From: a virus
Lineage: Duplodnaviria > Caudoviricetes
Reading direction: 5' to 3' (one strand)
DNA: 38,231 nt
IMG/VR virus record: IMGVR_UViG_3300032320_000486
Span: 1-38,231 of that record
Numbering within the stretch: the first letter of the stretch is position 1; every line of letters starts with the position of its first letter. Made by a program: the position numbers and the translations under genes. Shown piece after piece: positions 15,612 through 25,437 of the stretch. The notes beneath the pieces are model-generated. The model had not been told where the DNA came from and searched no databases. It was given only the letters and a program-made list of their open reading frames with translations.

Positions 15612-17468
15612 CTATCTTACACTACGCATGATTACGACACAGGTTCCGTTCCAGTCCCAAGAGTTATGGTTGGATGCAGAGTCAACAGGCAGCCATCTAA
15701 CGTCCTCGACTATTACGGGGTACGAAAAAGCGTTCTCCTGATACACGACAACACGTGGATTTTCTACCAAATCCCTAAGGTATTTGAGCTCCTCGTCTAC
15801 GTCTATCCAATATTCGTTTCCACGAATGTTCAGCTTGTGATGCAAGAGCAAAGGAACAGAAAATATCTGAGAACGTAGCGGAGCCGCGTAAGCCCTACCC
15901 ATCCACCTTGTCATTACGGGCCCAGCAGAGCTATCAGTTGCTGACCTGAATAATGCAACCCTTACTTCAGCCTCAAATACCTTTTCCTCATACCCATCAA
16001 ACGTTGACTCAAGAGATCCTTGTATCGTTTGAGAACCGATGTTGAGAAAATTTCCAGAATCCGCAGCCACCGAAATAGCGACAGTCCCGCGCAACGGTTC
16101 GGTACGCAAGTCCCATTTAGGAATAAACTTTGTGTCCGGTACACCCCAACGGTAAATACCTGATTCCAATGTTCCTGAAGCGACTTTGCTTGTTGGGTGT
16201 TGACGGTATGCGCCAAGACCTGAAACAGTGAACACTGGTTTGTTATCAAACTCATGGATGTCAACAACAGCACCCTGCCCTGTAACCATCAGGTCTGAGG
16301 CATAAGCAGGCTGGTTGACGCTGACCTGTGTGGCTATATCCAATCGACCAATGCCCGTTGAGGTGGTGTCGTAGTTCGTCCAACCGAAGTACACGTATTG
16401 CCCGATAGCAGCGAACGCATTAACAGATGTACCAGTCTCAATCAGTGGACCAACGACAAGGTTGCCGTCGCTGTCCGACGAGCAGAACCGCAACCCTGTC
16501 GTTAACCCAATAACCACGTAACCGAGGTACGCATCGATTGTGGTCACAATTTCGCCCATTGGCAACTCGGCTGCAACCGTAGGGATATCTAACGCTGTGC
16601 CGTCGGCTTTAATTGCGGTCTTATAGATCAGGGACTTGTTACCTGCATGGCCTGCACAATAAATTTGGTTTTGTCCACCAGCAAAACCAACCCAGTTAAA
16701 ATCGGTGTTCGGATGGGTGTACAACGCTGTCGGGTTGTTTGCTGAGGAACCTGGGGCTGTACGGATATTCCAAATCTTGTGTTTTTCTGCGCCTTGACCT
16801 GCGACCATCAAGCGTCCACGGACATAATCCAACACGCCAGCCTCAATGCCGGTGATGTAATTCGAGGCAGCAGAACCGCCAGCATCAGTTTGATCTATGT
16901 TTCCGTCAGCGTAAGAGAAGAACACGTTGTAACCGTCAGAGGTGATGCTGTAAAGGTTTGACGCATTGGTGCTAGTTACCGTAGTAAAAGTTGAAAAGTC
17001 AGTTGTAAAGCGAACCGTTTGTCCATCAGTGCCATAGATACGGTTAGATGCTGTAGCCATATATAGGTTTGTGTTCGCAGAAGAATACGCTTGTGCAGTG
17101 TCAGGGAGCAACGACAACTTGCCACGATCCCAAACATCTACACCCTTGCTAGAACGGAAACGATACGCCTCAGCGTCAGCAGTATCCGAATACGTTTGAC
17201 CTGCACCGTAATGCCAAGACGACTGCGATCTACGCCACAAACCCTGCGGGTTGATAGCCGACTCACCAGGTTCAGCAGATTGGTCAACCGAGTCACGAAC
17301 ACGCGCATCAAACTGTCGACCAAAATCATTTGACTTTGTATCGATCATGTACGGTCTGCCGTTAATAGCAACCGGGAATACAAATGGGACAACCTGTGTT
17401 GACCCAGTACCAGTAAAGAAAGATGGTCCGCCCAGGTACGCAGTAGTGAAATCTATGAGCGGAGTCAC
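15612..17468 (-). CDS. putative tail nozzle/tubular protein B-like (beta-propeller)
   Basis: 618 aa beta-rich protein after adaptor and before fibres; assignment by synteny. Confidence 0.6.
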   Translation of the reverse strand: MTPLIDFTTAYLGGPSFFTGTGSTQVVPFVFPVAINGRPYMIDTKSNDFGRQFDARVRDSVDQSAEPGESAINPQGLWRRSQSSWHYGAGQTYSDTADAEAYRFRSSKGVDVWDRGKLSLLPDTAQAYSSANTNLYMATASNRIYGTDGQTVRFTTDFSTFTTVTSTNASNLYSITSDGYNVFFSYADGNIDQTDAGGSAASNYITGIEAGVLDYVRGRLMVAGQGAEKHKIWNIRTAPGSSANNPTALYTHPNTDFNWVGFAGGQNQIYCAGHAGNKSLIYKTAIKADGTALDIPTVAAELPMGEIVTTIDAYLGYVVIGLTTGLRFCSSDSDGNLVVGPLIETGTSVNAFAAIGQYVYFGWTNYDTTSTGIGRLDIATQVSVNQPAYASDLMVTGQGAVVDIHEFDNKPVFTVSGLGAYRQHPTSKVASGTLESGIYRWGVPDTKFIPKWDLRTEPLRGTVAISVAADSGNFLNIGSQTIQGSLESTFDGYEEKVFEAEVRVALFRSATDSSAGPVMTRWMGRAYAAPLRSQIFSVPLLLHHKLNIRGNEYWIDVDEELKYLRDLVENPRVVVYQENAFSYPVIVEDVRWLPVDSASNHNSWDWNGTCVVIMRSVR

Positions 17469-17469
17469 G

Positions 17470-18354
17470 CTACTTCCTCAAATTTACAGGATATAGTCTC
17501 GCAAGTTTTGCAGCCTCAGCAGTTATTCTGTCTCGACGAAGGCGAAGTATATTGCCAAAAGAATCACGCATTGCCCCAGGTGGAACTTCATCGGAACGAC
17601 GAGTATCACCTTGTGACTCAATAAAGTTTCTTTTTACTTCACGGACTGACAACATGCGCGACATTACGCCAAGCTCAAGAATGTCCTCCATGCTTTCTGG
17701 GACTTTTGCCACAGACTGGATACTGTCTGAAACAGATGACAGTCTAACGAATGGGGACTTGTATCTAACCCTTAGCGTCCCAGACATGACAAGCTCGTCA
17801 AACACAAGTGAAAAACCTGATGGGAAATCAGAAGTTGGAAGGTCTCTTTGTAATCGAACCTTTCTTAACACTGGGAAATCGTCGCTCAGATAGCGCAAAC
17901 GGACATCAATCAAATCGATTATTGAAGTTGCCCCTGTTATGTTTATCTGCCTGTCAGAGCCGTTGTACTGGATGTTTAGTGTGTTTACATAAAACAAAGA
18001 GTTAAGCGGGCTAGATAGATCATCAATATCCTGATTTAATGCTTCGAGCATCTGGGCCTTGGGAAATCTAGGATTGATCTTTACTATGCTTCCAGCAGAG
18101 TGAGAAGTTGGTGTGGTCCCTGCATAGCCTCGCTGAACATTAAGTGTTTTTGAAGCGCCCAAAGCCTCCCAAATGTACATTAGCTCTGAGCCAATCTCGA
18201 AAATTACACCAGTCCTCAAGCCAGCAAGGTCGTAGGACAAAACGATAGATGTGTCTTCACTATTTATAGATGTGTGTAGTTTGTTTTGTTCCTCGACAGT
18301 TCCGCTAAGAAGCTGTCTGTTTACACGCTCAAGAAGGGCATTAGCGGTTGACAC
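17470..18354 (-). CDS. putative head-tail adaptor/tubular protein A-like
   Basis: Position after head genes; includes QRGYAGT...HSAG motif. Confidence 0.6.
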   Translation of the reverse strand: MSTANALLERVNRQLLSGTVEEQNKLHTSINSEDTSIVLSYDLAGLRTGVIFEIGSELMYIWEALGASKTLNVQRGYAGTTPTSHSAGSIVKINPRFPKAQMLEALNQDIDDLSSPLNSLFYVNTLNIQYNGSDRQINITGATSIIDLIDVRLRYLSDDFPVLRKVRLQRDLPTSDFPSGFSLVFDELVMSGTLRVRYKSPFVRLSSVSDSIQSVAKVPESMEDILELGVMSRMLSVREVKRNFIESQGDTRRSDEVPPGAMRDSFGNILRLRRDRITAEAAKLARLYPVNLRK

Positions 18355-18615
18355 TTAGCAATCCCATTTCTTCAAAGCCAATGCTTTGCGTGTTGGTCTC
18401 CCCTTGGAATCTTTCATTGGCCCAGGCATGCCGCCCATACGCGCACAAAAAGATTTGCGTCGAGCGGCAGCCTTTGGACTTTTTGCAGCTTGCTTTGCAG
18501 ACACGGGAGGTTTAAGGTTCATGCCCTGCGCTTTTGCGGAGGCACGACCTTTAGCATTCAGGCCACCCTCAGGGTTCTTGCCTTCCTTACGCTGCCATGC
18601 TGCAGTTTTAGCCAT
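18355..18615 (-). CDS. basic protein, DUF6321-like
   Basis: WQRKEGKNPEGGLNAKGR...RKSFCARM...LKKWDC; family name from memory. Confidence 0.75.
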   Translation of the reverse strand: MAKTAAWQRKEGKNPEGGLNAKGRASAKAQGMNLKPPVSAKQAAKSPKAAARRKSFCARMGGMPGPMKDSKGRPTRKALALKKWDC

Positions 18616-18767
18616 TACTTTTTCTTTGCTGCGTTCATGTTGTCGACCATGTTTGGGTACGGCCTACCAGCCTTTTTTGCGGCAGCCTTCGCAGAAGCCT
18701 TCTGTAATGGAGAAAGCTTCTTAGACTTCTTGGAAGGATTTTTTGTGTCCCAAACAGGCTTAGCCAT
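18615..18767 (-). CDS. small basic protein (50 aa, MAKPVWDTKNP...AGRPYPNMVDNM)
   Basis: Hand-translated; TAATG coupling at both ends. Confidence 0.75.
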   Translation of the reverse strand: MAKPVWDTKNPSKKSKKLSPLQKASAKAAAKKAGRPYPNMVDNMNAAKKK

Positions 18768-18886
18768 TACTTCTTTGTCTTACCCTTCTTCATCATCATT
18801 GGCTTGCCAGTCTTCTTTGATTCTTTCTTTGCTGCCTTCATTCCCGCCTCCGTGTATGCGTATTCTTTTTTTCCTACTTTTGGCAT
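18767..18886 (-). CDS. small Lys-rich protein (39 aa, MPKVGKKEYAYTEAGMKAAKK...)
   Basis: Hand-translated; AGGAG RBS; TAATG coupling to next gene. Confidence 0.75.
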   Translation of the reverse strand: MPKVGKKEYAYTEAGMKAAKKESKKTGKPMMMKKGKTKK

Positions 18887-18894
18887 TGCTGCTC

Positions 18895-19176
18895 CTAAAT
18901 TGCCACCGTCTTGTAGTGGCTCTTATTGGGAAGTATACCAGTTTGGACCTGCCAGCTTTCCGAAGCTCGCGCCTCTACGTTTGCTGCACCGTCAATCTGT
19001 TTTGGTTGTTGACCGTTCATCCGCATTCGCTTGTATGCATCTAGGTCTTTTGAAAGCGTTGTCTCTCGCTGCTTTTCAGAAGCAGTGTGCTCACTAACTC
19101 CAAGCTTTACGCCGGATATTTTGCAAGCAAAACAGCCTTCAACATCGAGGTTTGGGTGTGTCTTTGTGTGGATCAT
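18895..19176 (-). CDS. hypothetical protein with H-x3-H...CFAC metal motif
   Basis: ATGA overlap with upstream gene. Confidence 0.7.
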   Translation of the reverse strand: MIHTKTHPNLDVEGCFACKISGVKLGVSEHTASEKQRETTLSKDLDAYKRMRMNGQQPKQIDGAANVEARASESWQVQTGILPNKSHYKTVAI

Positions 19177-20267
19177 GTTAGATATTCGGAATACCCAGCT
19201 GCGAGTAAATCCGTGTATTCCTCCTCTGTGAGTGTGTGTACGTGACCACCGTGGTAAACCTTTTCAACTACGCTGTAGTCGCTTTGGTTTGCTTCTGTAA
19301 AAGTCGCGTTAGTAAGTTTGTACACATTTACGCCACGAAGTCCAGGACGGTAGAACCTCGCCAACCTGTTTGCAATTCTATCTCCACCAACGAGTTGAGT
19401 TGGTACGTCATTTCGTGTTGGTGTCCTAAACATATGAAACTTGTACCCAACTGCATTACCAACAGTTGATCCGACCCCAGATCCACTAGCCGTTCTTGGA
19501 AGTAGCTCAATGGATATGGATGAAGCTGTTCCCTCTCCAGAAGCAGAAGCTGTTCGTATTGCAACAAGCCTTCCAGTTGTTGCCTGTGATCCAATGCCAG
19601 ATCCAGTTGCTGTTCTTAGGCGTTTAACAAGTCTTACTGCCGAGTCTGCTCCAAGTCCACTTCCAGTAGCTATGCGTAAATGCTTGCGCAGGAAGACTGC
19701 AGAAGATGTTCCAGTTCCAGAGCCAGTTGCTGTTCTAATAACGAACAAGAATGGGTCGGCTTCTTCCGTAGAAACTCCAGATCCAGTCGCTTGCCTGAAA
19801 AGTATCTCAAGATCCGTGCTTGTGGATTCACCAGCAAAACCAGTTCCAGTTGCAGACCTAACAAGACCACGTATAAATGTGGATGACTCTGTTCCAAGAC
19901 CTGAGCCTGTTGCTGTTCTTGCATAGTAAGCAGGTCCAAGGTAGAACCGACCACCATTAAGGAACGGGAATGAGAAGTCGGTGACGGCACCAAGACGTAG
20001 TTGTGTTGGACCAGAAATTACAATCGTGTAATCACCAATAGCCGAGCCAGTTGCAGTACGCAAAACAACGCGAGTTCCAGAACCTGACTGTGTTCCAGTG
20101 CCAGAACCAGTAGCATTCTTTGCTTTTGTTACGAACCCAGGAGCAACGTCTGTTCCAAGACCGGAACCACTAGCAGTTAGCTGCCATATTGGTGCACCAA
20201 AGTAGAGACCAGTAGCTGGCCTGTACGGTGATGAAAACTTTGTAAGCGTGCTTTGAAAAGCAGGCAC
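19173..20267 (-). CDS. virion protein with tandem RTATGSG repeats
   Basis: About a dozen ~20-22 aa repeats with core R-x-A-(T/S)-G-S-G; non-repetitive C-terminal domain. Confidence 0.75.
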   Translation of the reverse strand: MPAFQSTLTKFSSPYRPATGLYFGAPIWQLTASGSGLGTDVAPGFVTKAKNATGSGTGTQSGSGTRVVLRTATGSAIGDYTIVISGPTQLRLGAVTDFSFPFLNGGRFYLGPAYYARTATGSGLGTESSTFIRGLVRSATGTGFAGESTSTDLEILFRQATGSGVSTEEADPFLFVIRTATGSGTGTSSAVFLRKHLRIATGSGLGADSAVRLVKRLRTATGSGIGSQATTGRLVAIRTASASGEGTASSISIELLPRTASGSGVGSTVGNAVGYKFHMFRTPTRNDVPTQLVGGDRIANRLARFYRPGLRGVNVYKLTNATFTEANQSDYSVVEKVYHGGHVHTLTEEEYTDLLAAGYSEYLT

Positions 20268-20285
20268 AGGGAATCTCCCTACCTA

Positions 20286-20654
20286 CTAGTCAAGCGAAAG
20301 TGTGAGTGATGTAATTTGGAAAGTGTCGCCAGCGGTTACAGCGGCAGATGCAGAAAGTGCACCAGTCCACAAACAGTTGCCAGCAGTCGAAGCATCCCAC
20401 ATTGACCAGTGGGTGTAGGTTTCAGTTGTTGAAACGTTTGTCCACTCAACAGTTGCGTTTGTAGCAATTGATCCAGATGCGGCAGCAGCCCACGAAGTTG
20501 CCTTGCGGGTCGCTTCAGTTGCTGCGGCAGTAGTGCCAGCTTCACCGGCATCAGCCGTATGCAACTTCAAGTATACGGTGGCAGGCATGCTGTATGCAGT
20601 CTTGCCGGTAATGTGCTCAAGGATTTTAAGTTCTGCGTAGTTTGAGATTGACAT
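20286..20654 (-). CDS. virion structural protein (122 aa)
   Basis: SNYAE...VYLKLHT...WDASTAGNCL...GDTF pattern typical of small phage virion proteins; follows capsid gene. Confidence 0.7.
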   Translation of the reverse strand: MSISNYAELKILEHITGKTAYSMPATVYLKLHTADAGEAGTTAAATEATRKATSWAAAASGSIATNATVEWTNVSTTETYTHWSMWDASTAGNCLWTGALSASAAVTAGDTFQITSLTLSLD

Positions 20655-20681
20655 ATAAACCTTTCGTTCTTATGTGATTAT

Positions 20682-20720
20682 AGCAAAGCCCCCCCGCGGG
20701 AAATGCGGAGGGGCTCTGCT
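20682..20720 (-). terminator. stem-loop after major capsid gene
   Basis: AGCAGAGCCCCTCCGC-ATTTCCC-GCGGGGGGGCTTTGCT, 16 bp with two G-U pairs on the minus strand. Confidence 0.75.
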
Positions 20721-20745
20721 TGCTTACAGCAATGTAGTTAGCTGC

Positions 20746-21714
20746 TTAGCTTGCGTTTGCACCGATTGATGAGGATGACTCAATGCGACGCAACGAAGCT
20801 TCGCGGAAGCGGCCGTAGCCACCAAGCCAGTACCAACCGATTGGGTTGAAGCGCATGAGCGAGTCAACCACTGGACCACGACGGATCTGTGGTACAGGAC
20901 CATTGCCATCAACAAAGGAGTAAGCCTTTGCCAACGCCTGACGACCCATGATGTAAGTGTCATACACGTCGATGTTTCCGGTTGAACCAGCACCGTTGGA
21001 TGCGTTTACGCGCACCTTGGTACGTGGGGTCTCGATAAAGCGCACCGACTCGAAGGTACCGATTTCACCCATGTAGATGTTGGCGGTATCAACTTGTACG
21101 TGTGGAGCGTTCCACGATGCGTTTCCGGTCTCACGACGGAGGTCGTAGGACACGTCTGGGTGGATGAATCCGATGTAGTAGCCAGACCATGGGCTGACGC
21201 TTGCTCCACGAAGAGCTGCTGTCACCTTGCGAACGTCGTTCGCTTCGATGATGTCTTCAGCTTCGATGTCTGTGCGTGAGGTTTCATCGCTTGATCCACC
21301 GCCACCGTAGATTACGTTGGTTCCGGCAGCAAGAACTTCACGAACGATTACGTCCATGCTGTTACCTGCGTTGTAACCAATGAGGTTAGCTGCTGCTGCG
21401 TCAACATCCAAGAACGCGGTTCCGCGCAACTTGGCGGTCGTGTTCACGGTGTTACCGTATTCGGTGAGGGTTACAGTCACTTGACTGTCGCCCATTGCTA
21501 CTGGATCAACATCGCTGGTCTCAGTAAGTGGGGTTGTTGCGGTTGCGAGTTCCGAGAAGATCGTGAAGACGACCGAGGATCCTGGCATTGTCTGGTTGCT
21601 TGCTTGAACGTCAGCTGCCTGATCGAACAAGAGTTCTGAACGAAGGGCGAAATACGCCATCCGATCATAAGCTGCCTGGTCAACACTGAGTGACGACATT
21701 TGGGTATAAGCCAC
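20746..21714 (-). CDS. major capsid protein (N4-gp56-like, HK97 fold)
   Basis: LTE...VTVTLTEYGN, FIHPDVSYDLR, GEIGTFESVRF, D.LMR..IGW motifs; after scaffold; followed by terminator. Confidence 0.9.
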   Translation of the reverse strand: MAYTQMSSLSVDQAAYDRMAYFALRSELLFDQAADVQASNQTMPGSSVVFTIFSELATATTPLTETSDVDPVAMGDSQVTVTLTEYGNTVNTTAKLRGTAFLDVDAAAANLIGYNAGNSMDVIVREVLAAGTNVIYGGGGSSDETSRTDIEAEDIIEANDVRKVTAALRGASVSPWSGYYIGFIHPDVSYDLRRETGNASWNAPHVQVDTANIYMGEIGTFESVRFIETPRTKVRVNASNGAGSTGNIDVYDTYIMGRQALAKAYSFVDGNGPVPQIRRGPVVDSLMRFNPIGWYWLGGYGRFREASLRRIESSSSIGANAS

Positions 21715-21764
21715 TGTATTTCCTTAATTGATAGCCCAGTGGGTAGTGCGCCCGGCTGGGGAAT

Positions 21765-22229
21765 TTAGAATTTGGATTTTGCCTGTTCGGCGTTGTACTG
21801 TGCCATGAGTTGATCCAACTCGCCTGGGCTCTTGGCGCTCGCCATTCTGGCGGCCCAGTCTGTGACTGGCTCGAACTTCTCGCCTGCTTGAGATGCACTA
21901 TTCACCCGTGCCCACGCCTGCTGTTCAGCTGCCTGGACTTTATCCTGCTGGGGAGCAGGTTGGATGAGATTTGCTTCTTGAGCTGCTGCACGAATTGCAT
22001 CTGCTGACAGCTCTCCGTCGTAGCCCTTGACGAAGTACTTTGCGACTGGAGCGTTAAGATCAACGCCCGCCTTCACAAAGGCCAACTCTCGTGCTGCGGT
22101 TTCAAGTTCCTTGGCTTTCGCCTCGGCTGCCTTCAACTGCTGTTCCACTTTGCGCAATTGTGCGCGCACTGGATCTCGTGTAACTTCGGTCTGAACTTCG
22201 TCCTCGAACTCTTGCATCGAATCTGACAT
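21765..22229 (-). CDS. capsid scaffolding protein
   Basis: Acidic N-terminus and coiled coil, directly upstream of capsid gene; start moved to 22229 (AGGAG RBS). Confidence 0.75.
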   Translation of the reverse strand: MSDSMQEFEDEVQTEVTRDPVRAQLRKVEQQLKAAEAKAKELETAARELAFVKAGVDLNAPVAKYFVKGYDGELSADAIRAAAQEANLIQPAPQQDKVQAAEQQAWARVNSASQAGEKFEPVTDWAARMASAKSPGELDQLMAQYNAEQAKSKF

Positions 22230-22346
22230 GACCCACTCCTTCTGCCCACGTTCTGGTTGGAGGTTCCAGACCGGCTGCAAATCTCACCTCTTTTTGCGTG
22301 TTGAAGTCGAGGGACTCTCCAACAGGTATCTCAAACGAGATGTGCT

Positions 22347-22378
22347 TAATATATCACACGCATATTAGAGCGTGTCAA
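22347..22378 (-). promoter_or_regulatory. promoter for scaffold/capsid operon
   Basis: TTGACA-19 bp-TATATT with TGn extension; GTGTGATATATTA identical to 37157..37169. Confidence 0.65.
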
Positions 22379-22382
22379 GGAT

Positions 22383-23480
22383 CTATTGAGCTTTGCCGAC
22401 TCCGGTAGTAATAGAACCAGAAACATCACCAGCTGACTTAGCAAACGATCCGCCGCCTTTGAATTCTCCAACTCGTCGAGCCTGACGCTTCTTGATTTCT
22501 TTTTCTGCCTCTGTGTTAAATCCAAACTGAGAAGCAATCACATCTTGCTCGCTAATGGCTGTCTCTCCAGCAAACTGCTGAGTCAACTCACCAAGCCTTG
22601 AGATATTTCCAAATCCCTTTTGCGCTTCTGCTTCAGTAAAGCCTCGCTTGGCCAGGTCTGTGGCTGTGTCTACCGTCAACTGCATTCCAGCGTTCTCTAG
22701 TGCTGCAGCACCAATGCGCGCTGAACGTTCCTGCTCTTTTAGGATAGGCAATGCTTTTTCTGGGTCAATAAAGTAGGCAATTAATTGGCCCTCGCTAACA
22801 CTAAATAACCTTGACATTTCGTTTCTTACCGACGCTGGAGCATCTTGAACAATGCTGCGAGCGTATTCAATACGGTCATTAAACTCCCCAACGCTCACAT
22901 CATTAGCAATCAATTGCGCAAAGTCAGATGGCTTGTCATAGAAACTGTCTGGGATTCCGTTGGACCTCATTGTCTGCTTGAACGAGTCTTCAAGGGCGAT
23001 GTATGTTGCCGGGCTCAAATCTCCCAACCCCTTTGCACGACGAGCCTCGTTACCAGCAAATCTTTCTTTATAAGCATCTGTTTCCCTGATAGACATAGCC
23101 AAAGCATCTGTGTCCGTGTAGTCAACCATGTCTGACGTGTAGTTGCCCCACACCGTGTCAAACAAGGAGTCGAGCTTGTACTTGGCAAGCAAAGCTTTGA
23201 TTGACGCACGAGCATCCGTCCTCTTTGCATCCAGATCAACTCCATAGTTTGGGTTGTCTGGCGTCCTGCCCCATGGGTCAAGATCTAAGGTAGTTCCGGA
23301 TGGCTTTGGTCCCAAATCATCGATTGGCTTATCACCGATTGGCCTAGAAATTAAATCAATACCCATATTCTTTGCAAACTGCTTGCCCTCTTCAGTTTGA
23401 TAGTAGGCAGCAAAGTCTGCTTCAATTTGGGCTAATGCTTCAGGACTAAAATTGACGCCGTCAAAACCCATCATTGACAT
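22383..23480 (-). CDS. putative internal virion/ejection protein (365 aa)
   Basis: Helical, no Cys seen, in coupled block between portal and scaffold. Confidence 0.6.
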   Translation of the reverse strand: MSMMGFDGVNFSPEALAQIEADFAAYYQTEEGKQFAKNMGIDLISRPIGDKPIDDLGPKPSGTTLDLDPWGRTPDNPNYGVDLDAKRTDARASIKALLAKYKLDSLFDTVWGNYTSDMVDYTDTDALAMSIRETDAYKERFAGNEARRAKGLGDLSPATYIALEDSFKQTMRSNGIPDSFYDKPSDFAQLIANDVSVGEFNDRIEYARSIVQDAPASVRNEMSRLFSVSEGQLIAYFIDPEKALPILKEQERSARIGAAALENAGMQLTVDTATDLAKRGFTEAEAQKGFGNISRLGELTQQFAGETAISEQDVIASQFGFNTEAEKEIKKRQARRVGEFKGGGSFAKSAGDVSGSITTGVGKAQ

Positions 23481-24451
23481 TATTTAACCTCCCCAAACAT
23501 CCTAAGCAAAGACGTGCCGATTGACATTGCTTCTCTGTTGGCCTTCTTTGTCATGTGGTATTTGTATCTTTCATCTGTCTTAATCATTGTCTCAACGTCA
23601 GAAAGGGACATCTGGCCAGATTCTGCGCTGCCAAGGACTTTGGCATAAAGAGGGTTGCTTAACTGCACCGCTTTTGGGTCCAGCTCAAGTACTGAAGCAA
23701 TACGGTTTCGATAGCCACTAAAAATGTCCTCAAGACTTGATCCTGCTTCAATCCTCTCGCGCAAGTGCCCGTACATACCAATAGCCTGCTGCTTGGCTGC
23801 GTTTTCAAAAGAGTCCTTTGTCATGACCACACCGTTAACTGGCTGTCCAGTAAGGACAGAAATGACCTGCTTCTGTAAGTCGGTCGGAGCATAGCCATAA
23901 TTTCGTGCGATTGTCATCAGTTCATTTACGCCGCTAGTGCCAGCAATAGCTGATTCTCCAGGCATTGTTGCCGATGGAGTTGTAACAGCTTCGCTGTAAA
24001 CAAGATGCTCTAGTGAGATAGAACCAAGCTGGTAACCCTTACGCAAAGCCTGTCCGGCAATTTTGTCAAAGGCTGTTTTGCTTAGCTTGAGCTCTCCATA
24101 TGTAGCAGCAAGTTGATCCGACAGATCACCAACCTCTTGCGCTTTGTCTGTTTCGGCTTTTAGCTCAAACTCACGCTGTGTTTTAGATGTGGTTTGATAA
24201 TAGGAAGTTGCCGCAAACTTGGCATCCCACGCTTGGAGGCCAGCTGCAGACTGAAAGTCAAACTGCCTGTTCTCTGGTTTCTTCTTTCCATCGGCAACAA
24301 CTGCTAGAAGCAGGTCGACAAGATCCTGTCCAAACTCTGAAACAAGCTTGGCCATATCCTCTGCATTGCCGTTTACAAGCCCCTTAAACGCAGGGTAACG
24401 AGCAATAAGCACTTCTGCTGGAGCTGCAGATTTAATTGGTGTTTCAGCCAT
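23480..24451 (-). CDS. putative internal virion/ejection protein (323 aa)
   Basis: Helical, coupled by TAATG. Confidence 0.6.
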   Translation of the reverse strand: MAETPIKSAAPAEVLIARYPAFKGLVNGNAEDMAKLVSEFGQDLVDLLLAVVADGKKKPENRQFDFQSAAGLQAWDAKFAATSYYQTTSKTQREFELKAETDKAQEVGDLSDQLAATYGELKLSKTAFDKIAGQALRKGYQLGSISLEHLVYSEAVTTPSATMPGESAIAGTSGVNELMTIARNYGYAPTDLQKQVISVLTGQPVNGVVMTKDSFENAAKQQAIGMYGHLRERIEAGSSLEDIFSGYRNRIASVLELDPKAVQLSNPLYAKVLGSAESGQMSLSDVETMIKTDERYKYHMTKKANREAMSIGTSLLRMFGEVK

Positions 24452-25437
24452 TAGATTGAACCGCCGCCTTTAAACATTCTGTCGAGAGCCAAGCCAAGAT
24501 TGTATATTGCGCCTTCTTCCCCAGATACCTGAGCTACGGCTTGCTGTGCAGCTGTGTCAAGACTCGGAGGTGACTCGCCACCAGCACCACTTGTTTTTGC
24601 GTACATAGCACGAACGGCCTGGAATGCAACCTTTGCTTCTGCTGGAGTCATAGGGCGACCAAACGCCTCAAACGAAGCTTGACGCAGATACCTGTTTGTT
24701 TCTACGGTGCTTGGATAAGACACACCACCACCCCCGCCACCACCTCCTGCTTTAGGCAACTTATCCATCATCTGCATGTAGGCGCGAGGAGTAAGCCGAG
24801 CCAAGTTTGCCGAATTTACAAACGAGTCAAATGCTGCGTAGTCAGTGTCTGTCATTCCCTGACCAAGCAAAGCCATCTGTGAAGGAGACTTGCTTCCGTA
24901 ATGCTGAGAGCTCTTTAGAGCTTGAAGGAACTGTGGGAGCTTTCCTTCCATCTTTAGTTGCTGAAACAACGGGTTAGCTGCAGCGTTGCCGCTATTGTCC
25001 GTCAGACTTTGGTTAGTAATCTTGCCGCCCTCGTCAACAAGATTAGTCCCATAGTAAGTCCACTGGACATTTGATCCATAACGCTTCTGCTCCAACCCGG
25101 CATATGCCTTGCCGGTCATTGGGTCAATAGTGTTCTTAAAGTCCCCAGATACTGTTCTTGGTATTGCAGCCATTTGTTGTGGCTGAAGAACGCCTAAATC
25201 GGTGGTAGTTCCAACAAGCTGTTTTGTAAGCATGTTGATGCCAGCATCGGTAAGCGGTTGCTTATCCTTTTCTTCCTGACGCTTTCTCTCTTCTTCTGTC
25301 TGAGCAGAGCCAGCTTTTTGCATGTCAGCAAATATTTGCCTGACTTCAATTGCGTTAGGTTGACGGCCCTTCTTCTTGGACCATTCAGCGATAGCTTTCT
25401 TTAGATCTTCCTCAGTTATTTGAATTGGATCAGCCAT
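24451..25437 (-). CDS. putative internal virion/ejection protein (328 aa)
   Basis: Helical with poly-Gly linker; coupled by TAATG. Confidence 0.6.
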   Translation of the reverse strand: MADPIQITEEDLKKAIAEWSKKKGRQPNAIEVRQIFADMQKAGSAQTEEERKRQEEKDKQPLTDAGINMLTKQLVGTTTDLGVLQPQQMAAIPRTVSGDFKNTIDPMTGKAYAGLEQKRYGSNVQWTYYGTNLVDEGGKITNQSLTDNSGNAAANPLFQQLKMEGKLPQFLQALKSSQHYGSKSPSQMALLGQGMTDTDYAAFDSFVNSANLARLTPRAYMQMMDKLPKAGGGGGGGGVSYPSTVETNRYLRQASFEAFGRPMTPAEAKVAFQAVRAMYAKTSGAGGESPPSLDTAAQQAVAQVSGEEGAIYNLGLALDRMFKGGGSI

